Shown: one piece after another, positions 16,801 to 24,500 of the stretch
Numbering within the stretch: the stretch's first letter is position 1
Layout of the letters: each line of letters opens with the position of its first letter
DNA from: an uncultured Candidatus Saccharibacteria bacterium
GTDB lineage: Bacteria > Patescibacteriota > Minisyncoccia > Phycocordibacterales > CAIZIN01
Assembly (NCBI GenBank): GCA_964525175.1
Contig: CAZGFB010000001.1
Span: 1-34,662 of the forward strand
DNA: 34,662 bases
Direction of reading: 5' to 3'
Made by a program: the position numbers and the translations under genes
The notes under the pieces: generated by a model
The model's input: only the letters and a program-made list of their open reading frames with translations
Told to the model about the DNA's origin: nothing
The model's database searches: none

Positions 16801-17957
16801 TTGATGGAGCTACTGCAACAACATTAAATGACACAGGTTTAAATCCTTTGTCGACATACTATTACACACTTCAAACGACAGACAGCAACGGATTTTCAGC
16901 ACTTAGTAGTCCTGTTGAGGTTGGTCCTGCTTCAAACGACGCTACTCTTTCTGATTTAGTTATAAGTCAAGGAACTCTAAGTCCGGTATTTTCTTCAAGT
17001 ACAACTTCATACACCGTTGATGTTTTAAATGACGTCACAAGTTTGACTGTTACTCCAACTGCAAATCAGGCAAATGCAACAATCACAGTGAATGGTGAGG
17101 CCGTTAATAGTGGTGAAACATCAAGCCTAATAACATTAAATGTTGGTGACAACACTGTTTTGACGGTAACACTTGCTCAGGATGAGTCAACAACCAGAAC
17201 ATATACAATAACTGTAACAAGAGGGGCTGTAATAGTTATTCCACCAACATTAACCGTTCAAGACGCTTCATTGGTTGCAACGAGTTCCGCTGTCTTTAAT
17301 GGAACTATCACAGTTGATGGATATGCCTCTTCAACTATTGTTGGTTTTAATTATGGAACAACATTAGCATATGGTAGTACAGCTTCAACTACTGGAACAT
17401 TTGGTACAGAAACTTTCTCTAAAACAGTTACAGACCTGCTTCCAAATACTCTCTATCACTTTCAGGCTTTTGCAGAAAATAGTGCAGGGGTCGGAACATC
17501 AAGTGATGCTACAACTACCACCTCAGCACTTCCTGTATCTCCGGTACAAAGCACAACCAGATCCCAGGGTAGCTCAGTACAAAGCAGGCTTAAAAACCTA
17601 ATTTATATGGGCAAAACCCAAGCGGCAGATGATTTAAAGAAACAATATTCCTATCTATTTCCAAATGAAAATCAAATAGACACAAAAGCAAAAGAGACTT
17701 CACCTTCCCCAGCGTTTACTCGAGATCTTAAATTTGGTATGACAGGAGCGGATGTTAAGAAACTTCAACAATATTTAAACAATAATGGATATGTCGTTGC
17801 TAAAACAGGAGCTGGATCTAAAGGAAAAGAGACGACAACATTTGGACCTGCAACACGCTCAGCTTTAATTAAATTTCAAAAAGCAAACAAAATTACTCCA
17901 GCAATCGGATATTTTGGTCCAAAAACACGAGGTGTGGTGGAGAAATCTGCTTTGTAA
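13887..17957 (+). CDS. Large secreted/cell-surface multidomain protein with SGNH (GDSL) hydrolase and C-terminal peptidoglycan-binding domain
   Basis: Signal/anchor segment (VKTFVIFFVFLLFFVVRVEKIHA). About 650 aa Gly/Thr/Ser/Asn-rich repetitive region (beta-helix-like). SGNH blocks GDSITQGG (GDS at 16059..16067), GISGST, YGTNDV and DGVHPLP. FN3-like segments, a cadherin-like/Big segment (ATLSDLVISQGTLSPVFSSSTTSYTVDV) and a PG_binding_1-like C-terminus. Confidence 0.85.
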   Translation: MNEKTYISQKSVQSSNLGYERENSSRSKFKLSLVKTFVIFFVFLLFFVVRVEKIHAAQITVYATANGVKWMGTNAGWNTNPDGVSGTFYSNPQNNSTDTFIVDLNGKSGISIDTDIVVDKIQDSSATASVSLNAPRTISVLNGGIYYSGANTGGLISSSYNLTVLGTVTSAVGGKRVIITSGTASLTINAGVGNTAVLNQGTSYVINHAGSGQITVIGKVVGSTTLAAIYVTTASNQLYYNPGYDVFSDGGASAGGRSLQNTSGTIVAVGNISGTSANGSSIEMIRNDGGTFELIGNIAITGSAVRGIWNRTGAVAHVYGNVDVSGSTGASYGVWNQSVTTSNTITGNLSNPSGSPTAVAAFSSAGMVTIYGTKTGSGTVNSATYTTMATTYVSVSPASLPAGATGYLDTSITGVGTTWNGSETPTINNSVSSITAVSSGEWTTTDGTHATLPLQNSATSSFGAFSITIGTATSGPLAVFSPSHILSQTTGATSNSYNLTITGINTLWAMDIAKGNHTASNLFSASTGGTISNVLVSNDNTVTLTLATDATQRVITITDNSTNQTSAFDTNNILTYDLSPTGGNVNNYIMIEGGMRWDGGRWISTALTSGAGTALGAVRFVGKINKIDGYISQTGSAGAGNLVILNIDGENGPTYSVPYVVGGAFPNAWLTMFSGLDDTATHTYMLIWPNGEVVGNPTIGKIRTTGGTGISTTALVPRPVLAVYGDSITQGGAYESSPHNSTLYYAYLLAKKLNYQVVNLGISGSTVSSLTHGGLNPTTKNGVSRTADITSLNPKASIVLILYGTNDVTFNANQGGTPTEANFRADYASMLAGIRAGNPNALIISERILMTSRVDEATRNTWSQTDIAAAVSAQSDPKILYMHGGWDNYQDTTGSDGVHPLPSKNQDIADGMYSDIISAISTTDSIKVATTTLTSRGGTSATITSAGGIHGTAPYTYQWLRSATSSWSGFQVDGATATTLNDTGLNPLSTYYYTLQTTDSNGFSALSSPVEVGPASNDATLSDLVISQGTLSPVFSSSTTSYTVDVLNDVTSLTVTPTANQANATITVNGEAVNSGETSSLITLNVGDNTVLTVTLAQDESTTRTYTITVTRGAVIVIPPTLTVQDASLVATSSAVFNGTITVDGYASSTIVGFNYGTTLAYGSTASTTGTFGTETFSKTVTDLLPNTLYHFQAFAENSAGVGTSSDATTTTSALPVSPVQSTTRSQGSSVQSRLKNLIYMGKTQAADDLKKQYSYLFPNENQIDTKAKETSPSPAFTRDLKFGMTGADVKKLQQYLNNNGYVVAKTGAGSKGKETTTFGPATRSALIKFQKANKITPAIGYFGPKTRGVVEKSAL
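17625..17921 (+). repeat. 297-nt near-identical direct repeat (copy 2)
   Basis: See 13361..13657. Confidence 0.9.
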
Positions 17958-17980
17958 TTAATGGCTAGAAGTTGAAGAAA

Positions 17981-19237
17981 TTATCTTGAAGCGTTTGTTC
18001 CCGCCACATATCCTGTGGTCCAACAAATTTGCAAACTGTAGCCACCTGAAGGGCGGTTTATATTTAGTATGTCACCTGTGAGGTAAAGATTTGGGAATAG
18101 TTCTGATTGCATAGTTTTAAAATCAACTTCTTCGAGTGCAACTCCTCCTGATGCAACGATTGCGTTTTCTGGACTTTGTAAACTTTCCACTTGCATACGT
18201 ACGTCTTTAAGTACGTGCATTAATTTAATTCGTTCATCTCTGGTGACACTATGACAGAACGTATCTCCATTTATGTCAGATTTTTTAATTACAATTTCAA
18301 CAAGTCCAGATGGTATCAGATCTAATATTGCATTTCTAAATTTCTTATTGGTATGTTTTTTGAAAATCTTTTGTAGTTCTTCGTTTAAAGAAGAAAAATC
18401 AAATTTAGGAAGAAGATCGAGGGAAATATAAACATCACCATTTGGTATTATCTCATTTATTTTTCTGCTCATGTTTAAAATAGTTGGTCCACTTACGCCA
18501 AAATGTGTGAAAAGAATTTTTCCCAATTTTGTTTCAATTTTCTTATCATCCTCTAATATAGATATTTTAACTTCCGGCAAAGTAACGCCTTGGAGTTCTT
18601 TTACCCAGCTTTCTTTTATGTTTATAGGTACAAGTGCGGAATCGGGTTTTATAATTGTGTGGCCGAGCTTTTTAAGCCATACAAAGCCATCTCCAGTTGA
18701 GCCTGTCTTTGGGTATGATTTACCACCTGTTGCAATTATGAAGGATTTTGCAAAGATTTCTTCGCCGTTTTCAAGCACAACAGATGTGACGTTTTTATCA
18801 TCACTTTTAATTTCTGAAACAGGGGAATTAGTTAGAATTTTTACATTTCCTGCTTTCATATATGAGAGAAGTACGTTTAAAACAGAAGAAGATGAATTGC
18901 TCTCTGGAAAAACTCTTTTTTCATTTTCAATCTTTGTTGGCATTCCTTTTGAGTTGAAAAAATCTAGAGTTTCCTTAACAGAAAATTGGGAAAAAGCAGA
19001 AAAAAGAAATTTTCCATTTTCTTTAAATTTATCCAAAAGTACGCGAGTATCAAATTCTGCATTAGTAACATTACATCTTCCGTTTCCTGTAATTAATAGT
19101 TTCTTTCCGAGACTTTCATTTTTTTCTATGAGAATGACTTTGGCGCCTAATTCTGCCGAACGACCAGCGGAGATCATTCCCGCTGGCCCACCGCCTATTA
19201 CTGCTACATCCCAGATTTCTTGTTTCATTGAGAGCAT
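17981..19237 (-). CDS. BaiN/RdsA (HI0933-like) NAD(P)/FAD-dependent flavoprotein
   Basis: VAVIGGGPAGMISAGRSAELGAKVILIEKNESLGKKLLITGNGRCNVTN is the family-typical N-terminus. 418 aa. Confidence 0.88.
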   Translation of the reverse strand: MLSMKQEIWDVAVIGGGPAGMISAGRSAELGAKVILIEKNESLGKKLLITGNGRCNVTNAEFDTRVLLDKFKENGKFLFSAFSQFSVKETLDFFNSKGMPTKIENEKRVFPESNSSSSVLNVLLSYMKAGNVKILTNSPVSEIKSDDKNVTSVVLENGEEIFAKSFIIATGGKSYPKTGSTGDGFVWLKKLGHTIIKPDSALVPINIKESWVKELQGVTLPEVKISILEDDKKIETKLGKILFTHFGVSGPTILNMSRKINEIIPNGDVYISLDLLPKFDFSSLNEELQKIFKKHTNKKFRNAILDLIPSGLVEIVIKKSDINGDTFCHSVTRDERIKLMHVLKDVRMQVESLQSPENAIVASGGVALEEVDFKTMQSELFPNLYLTGDILNINRPSGGYSLQICWTTGYVAGTNASR

Positions 19238-19251
19238 AGTAGCATAATGGG

Positions 19252-19337
19252 GAAGAATTATGAATTATGAATTAGGAATTATGAATGGGGAGTAAGAAAG
19301 ATGTTCGAATTTATTCTTAATTCATAATTCCTAATTC
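19252..19337. repeat. AT-rich inverted repeat (GAATTATGAATTAGGAATTATGAAT ... ATTCATAATTCCTAATTC)
   Basis: Left arm 19252..19286 and right arm 19313..19337, with about 18 bp pairing and a ~33-nt loop. Member of the family also at 20780..20887 and 31066..31144. Confidence 0.8.
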
Positions 19338-19387
19338 TATTCTAAAATTTCTTCCAAATTTTGGAATTTAGTGTATACTGTCTTCAT

Positions 19388-19513
19388 ATGGCAAAAAGAT
19401 TAAGTCAAGATATTAAAAACAAAAAATCTCGTTCAAAAAAGACACCAAAGCGTCTTGCGGCAAAGCATGCAAGAAAGGCTGTTAAAGCTGCTAAGATAGG
19501 GAAGAAGAAATAA
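19388..19513 (+). CDS. Hypothetical 41-aa very basic protein
   Basis: MAKRLSQDIKNKKSRSKKTPKRLAAKHARKAVKAAKIGKKK (not in the ORF track because of its size). TATACT lies 8 nt upstream of the ATG and a strong terminator follows 23 nt downstream. Confidence 0.45.
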   Translation: MAKRLSQDIKNKKSRSKKTPKRLAAKHARKAVKAAKIGKKK

Positions 19514-19536
19514 TTTGTTTTATATCACAATTAGAG

Positions 19537-19570
19537 AAAAAACAGGCTAAATTTTCTTAGCCTGTTTTTT
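19537..19570 (+). terminator. Intrinsic terminator
   Basis: AAAAAACAGGCTAA-ATTTTC-TTAGCCTGTTTTTT. Confidence 0.85.
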
Positions 19571-19580
19571 CTTTGATATC

Positions 19581-19589
19581 TGGTATAAT
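19581..19589 (+). promoter_or_regulatory. Extended -10 (TGgTATAAT) with no ORF behind it
   Basis: Followed by a 13-bp perfect inverted repeat (19615..19627 / 19695..19707) and then a second extended -10 (TGcTATAAT, 19753..19760) that serves the cupin gene. Confidence 0.4.
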
Positions 19590-19823
19590 TCATCCTTCAA
19601 AATTTTTATTAAGACATTATGCAATACATATTTTCATGTGTGTATATTTGTAAAATGTGAGTGTAAATATGTAATAGAAAGAAGTATGTGGGTAGTATTG
19701 CATAATGCGAAAAAGTTGTAATGAAAATTTGAGGTATTTTAATTATTTCTTTGCTATAATATATATGTAGGTAAGCAACTAGGATCGAACAACTTTTTTA
19801 TTAATAAAAACTTATAAGGATAA

Positions 19824-20228
19824 ATGAAAGGCTACAAAGACAATATAGAGAAATTAACAACAGAAAATAATAATTTTCGCAAAGTGCTATATTCTAGTAC
19901 TCATAGCCAGCTCGTGCTTATGAGTCTTCGCCCGCTTGAGGATATTGGTATGGAAGTTCATGAGGAGAATGATCAATTTTTTAGATTTGAATCTGGTGAG
20001 GGAAAAGTATTTATTGATGGAAATGAATATGATGTGAGAGATGGCGACGCCGTTGTTGTGCCAGCAGGAGCAGAGCATAATGTTATAAATACTTCTGAAA
20101 CAGAATCTTTAAAACTTTACACTATTTATTCTCCAGCACATCATAAAGATGGAATTGTTCGAGAAACAAAAGCTGACGCAATGAAAAATGAAGCAGAGTT
20201 TGACGGCGTAACAACAGAGACTAGATAA
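19824..20228 (+). CDS. Cupin domain protein
   Basis: EVHEENDQFFRFESGEGKVFIDGNEYDVRDGDAVVVPAGAEHNVIN (cupin_2 motifs), with AAGGA SD upstream. Confidence 0.85.
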   Translation: MKGYKDNIEKLTTENNNFRKVLYSSTHSQLVLMSLRPLEDIGMEVHEENDQFFRFESGEGKVFIDGNEYDVRDGDAVVVPAGAEHNVINTSETESLKLYTIYSPAHHKDGIVRETKADAMKNEAEFDGVTTETR

Positions 20229-20229
20229 G

Positions 20230-20793
20230 ATGCTTCTCAATCCAAAAATTCAAAAAGCAATTTATGTTGCTACGCATCAACATCGCCATCAAGAAAGAAA
20301 AGTGAGTGGAATGCCATATATTGTACATCCTTTTTCTGTTGCCTGGCTTTTGTCAGAGCAAACAAAAGATGAAGATATTATTGTAGCGGGCTTGCTTCAT
20401 GACGTGCTCGAGGATACAGACGGCTATGATTACAATGATATTGTGAGAGATTTTGGAGAAAGAGTTGCCGAAATTGTTTCCGAGGTAACAGAATTTAAAG
20501 ATTTGCCTTGGCATGAAAGAAAAGAGAAGTATATTAAAGTCTTTGAAAATTCATCACAAGAATCTTTGATGGTTGCAACAGCGGATAAGATTCATAATTT
20601 ATCTTCACTTTATGAGGAGATTTTGGAGACAGGAGAGAATCCCTTTGGTACTAAGTTTAAATCATATGATGAGTCAAAATGGTTTTATGAATCTGTATAC
20701 GAGGTGATGGAAAGAAGACTAGGGAATAAAATCCTTTTGGCAGAATTTAAGGAGATGTTGGAGTTGGTTTTTAAGGGTAGAATTAAGAATTAG
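20230..20793 (+). CDS. HD-domain protein, RelA/SpoT-type (p)ppGpp-hydrolase-like (small alarmone hydrolase-like)
   Basis: YIVHPFSVAWLL...GLLHDVLEDT...ATADKIHNL pattern of the HD_4/SpoT hydrolase domain. The ATG is 1 nt after the cupin gene stop. Confidence 0.8.
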   Translation: MLLNPKIQKAIYVATHQHRHQERKVSGMPYIVHPFSVAWLLSEQTKDEDIIVAGLLHDVLEDTDGYDYNDIVRDFGERVAEIVSEVTEFKDLPWHERKEKYIKVFENSSQESLMVATADKIHNLSSLYEEILETGENPFGTKFKSYDESKWFYESVYEVMERRLGNKILLAEFKEMLELVFKGRIKN

Positions 20794-20887
20794 GAATTAT
20801 GAATTATGGAAATACCGGGGCCGAATGGTCCGGCATTTTATAGTATTCTTAATCTATTCTTAATTCCTAATTCATAATTCTTAATTC
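20780..20887. repeat. AT-rich inverted repeat of the GAATTAAGAATTAGGAATTATGAAT family
   Basis: Left arm 20780..20809 overlaps the HD-gene stop codon; right arm 20845..20887. The loop contains a small GC hairpin (GCCG-AATGGTC-CGGC). Confidence 0.8.
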
Positions 20888-20952
20888 TGTTACGATTGAA
20901 TTTATGCTGTTTTTCGTGTATTATGAAATTATTATAAGTAACTTATAAAAAC

Positions 20953-21552
20953 ATGGACACAACAAAAAGAACCCCAATATCTATTTTAAAATGGTCTCTC
21001 ATTATCGGGATTGTAATAGTTCTCAATCTTTTCTATAACTACACACTCTCCCTTGTCTTTTCTGCTCCAGAATATAATACATATTGTGAACAAAAGCAGG
21101 TAAATATTTCTCCAGATACTCAAGAAAAATGTGTTGCTGAAGGCGGTGCCTGGACTCAATATCCCGCAAATGCGAATCCAAAACTAATCAACCAACCTGT
21201 TATTGTTGATCCAAACAACAACACTAACGTACTTGGTTATTGCGACCAGACATTTTCATGTAGTCAAAAATTTGAAGACGCAAGTAAAAAATACGACAGA
21301 AATGTTTTCATCACCCTTGTCGTTCTTGGCGTACTCACTTTTGTTGCCAGTTTGTTTTTTGTGAATTTTGAAATTGTTTCTGTTGCGCTTTCGATTGGTG
21401 CAGTGCTTGATTTTGTAATTGCTTCCATTCGTTATTGGGCAAGAGCAGATGATTTGATCAAAGTTTTAATTCTCGGTGTTGCTCTCGCTGTACTTATTTG
21501 GGTGGCAATTAAAAAATTTAACATCAAAGCTGAAAATGAACCCCGCGTCTAA
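20953..21552 (+). CDS. Hypothetical membrane protein (199 aa)
   Basis: N-terminal TM segment (WSLIIGIVIVLNLFYNY), a Cys-containing extracytoplasmic segment and three C-terminal TM segments. Overlaps the leuS start by 17 nt. Confidence 0.6.
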   Translation: MDTTKRTPISILKWSLIIGIVIVLNLFYNYTLSLVFSAPEYNTYCEQKQVNISPDTQEKCVAEGGAWTQYPANANPKLINQPVIVDPNNNTNVLGYCDQTFSCSQKFEDASKKYDRNVFITLVVLGVLTFVASLFFVNFEIVSVALSIGAVLDFVIASIRYWARADDLIKVLILGVALAVLIWVAIKKFNIKAENEPRV

Positions 21553-24500
21553 AGATTACGATCATAAAGAAATAGAGCCAAAGTGGCAAAAAGAATGGGA
21601 AGAGAAAGGCGCATTTAAAGCCTCGATTGACCTCTCTAAGCCTAAAAAATACGTACTCGATATGTTCCCGTATCCTTCGGGTGCGGGGCTTCATGTGGGG
21701 CATCCTCGTGGCTATATTGCCTCTGATGTTTATGCACGCTTGATGCGAACGAAAGGTTTTAACATTCTTCACCCGATGGGTTTTGACTCTTTTGGTTTGC
21801 CCGCAGAACAATATGCAATCAAAACAGGCAACAATCCAAAAATTTTTACAGATGAACTTGTAAAACAATATCGAAAACAATTAGACATAATTGGTTTTAG
21901 TTATGATTGGGAAAGACAAATAGCGACTCACAGACCTGAATACTACAAATGGACACAGTGGATTTTTTTGAAGCTATATGGATCTTGGTATAACAAAGCT
22001 CACGATAAAGCGGAAGCGATTGAAACTCTGGAAGCTATTTTTGAAAAAGATGGAAATGAAAATGTAAATGCAATTTGTGATTCTGATACAAAAATTGTAA
22101 CCGCTTCTGAGTGGAAAGAAATGGACACTTTAGCGAAACATCAATTATTGATGAAGTATCGATTGGCCTACGAAGGGATGAGCTCGGTAAACTGGTGCCA
22201 AGAGCTTGGAACAGTGCTCGCCAACGATGAAATTGTGGACGGTCCAGACGGCGCGCCTGTTTCAGAGCGTGGAGGCTTTCCTGTTGAGAAAAAAACTTTA
22301 AGACAATGGTTTTTAAGAATTACAGCTTATGCCGACAGATTGTTAAGTGGATTAGAAACAATTGATTGGCCTTCGCATATAAAAGAAATTCAAAAGAATT
22401 GGATAGGGAAATCTGAGGGTACTCAGATTAAATTTAAAATTAAAAATGAAAAATTTAAAATTGAGGCAGAAAAAGAAATAAATCTACCCAACCCTGTGTC
22501 ATCCTCGGGTACTCCCGGGGATCCAAGTCTGGATTCTTCTGTAGAAGTCTTCACAACCCGAGTAGATACTCTTTTTGGCGTCACCTATGTTGTTATTGCA
22601 CCAGAACATGAATTAGTACAAAAACTTTTAGAGTCTGTTTCAAACAAGGAGGAAGTTTTGAAATATATTGAAGAAGTAAAAAATAAAACAGCAGAAGATC
22701 GCACTGCTGAAAATAAAGAAAAAACAGGTGTGCCACTTAAAGGTGTAACAGCCGTAAATCCTGCAAATGGAGAAGAGGTGCCTGTGTGGATTGCTGATTA
22801 TGTTTTGGCTTCATACGGTACAGGTGCAGTGATGGCAGTGCCAGCTCACGATGATCGAGATTTTGCTTTTGCGAAGAAGTATGGATTGGAGATTAAGGAG
22901 GTTGTTATTTCAGAGAGGATTGATAAGAGAAATCCTCCAGTTGCCAATAAAGAAAAAGTTGAAAGAAAAAATGTTCAAGCGGTGGTATTTGATCCTAAAA
23001 CTGAGAAATATTTGTGTTTACATTCTATTAAACATCTGTGGAATACTTTTCCAATGGGTGGAGTGAACGACGGGGAAGATTTAATTGAAGCAGCTAAAAG
23101 AGAAGTTTTAGAAGAGACCGGATATAAAAATTTGATAAAAGGTAAAATTCTTGGAGGTTCCGTACGCGCTGAATATTTTGCTAAACATAAAGATCAAAAT
23201 AGAGTTTCATTCACAAATTTAGTTTATTTTGAATTAGATGGGTATAGTCAGGATGAAATTTCAGAAGAAGAAAAAGGAGAGAATGAAATATTATGGGTAG
23301 ATAAAGGCAACTTGAATTGTGATTTTATGTGTCATGCGGAAATGGATGTGTGGCTTGAGAGATTAAACAATGCTGAAGGTTCATACAACGATGACGGTGT
23401 GCTTGTAAATTCTCAAAAATTCGACAGCCTTTCTTCCGAAGAAGCACGAAAAGAAATTACGAAAGCTGTGGGTGGAAAATTTGTTACAAAATATAAAATG
23501 CGAGATGCTGTGTTTGCAAGACAAAGATATTGGGGAGAGCCGATTCCAATTATTCACGAAAAAGACGGAACGATAAAGGCTCTTTCTCCAAAAGATTTAC
23601 CGCTAGAACTTCCAGATGTTAAATCTTATGCTCCAACAGGTAATGCAGAATCTCCACTTTCAGCCGTTGAGGATTGGATGGAAAAAGGTTATGAAACAAA
23701 TACAATGCCGGGCTGGGCGGGTTCATCTTGGTACTTCCTACGATATATGGATCCTAAAAATGAAAATGCTTTTGCGAGTGAAGAAGCGTTAAAATATTGG
23801 GGGCAGGTAGATATGTATGTGGGAGGAGCTGAGCACGCAACAGGGCATCTTTTGTATTCAAGATTTTGGAATAAGTTCTTACACGATTTGAATCTTGTGC
23901 CAAATGAAGAACCTTTCAAAGTTCTTCGAAATCAAGGAATGATTCTCGGTGCCGATCATAAAAAAATGTCAAAAAGATGGGGGAATGTTGTTAATCCTGA
24001 TGATGTAGTAAATACATTTGGTGCAGATACACTTCGAGTTTTTGAAATGTTCATCGGGCCATTTGATTCACAACTTCCTTGGTCCACAGATGGTATAATT
24101 GGTTCAAGAAGATTTATTGAAAAAGTTTGGCGACTTCAGTATAAGGTTGTAGAAGATAACGGCGACCCTTCAAACTTTTTGCCATTACATCATTTGGATA
24201 CAAATGATGCAGAAAAGAATCAGACGGCAAAAACTTTTAAGGGCAAGTATCCTTACGAGCAAAGTCTCCATAAAACTATAAAAAAAGTTGGAGAGGATAT
24301 TGAATCATTTAATTTCAACACAGCAATTTCAGCAATGATGATTTGTTTGAATGAAATGGAAAAATCTGATAAAGTTTACAAAGAAGATTTCGAAAAATTT
24401 CTACAAATTCTTTCTCCATTTGCCCCACACATTACAGAAGAGATTTGGAGCACACTCGGTAAAGAGAAAATATTACAGGATTCTGGCTGGCCGGAATTTG

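Noticed and set aside
18471-19247. 258-aa ORF antisense to the BaiN-like flavoprotein gene
   Set aside because: It is fully contained opposite a gene with a clear family signature, its composition is low in complexity, and it shows no motifs. This is a typical shadow ORF in AT-rich DNA.
21476-21535. Upstream GTG start for leuS, and similar long N-terminal extensions in the track for 28018 (mltG), 24737, 31145, 29247, 4995 and 8200
   Set aside because: The extensions overlap the preceding gene or the promoter -10 element and add non-homologous residues ahead of the conserved N-termini. Internal ATGs fit the family alignments better.
22960-23380. Intein or separate nested gene as explanation for the extra LeuRS segment
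   Set aside because: There is no Cys/Ser at an N-junction and no His-Asn + Cys/Ser/Thr at a C-junction, and no homing-endonuclease motifs. There is no internal SD/start or stop. The sequence instead carries a complete Nudix box.
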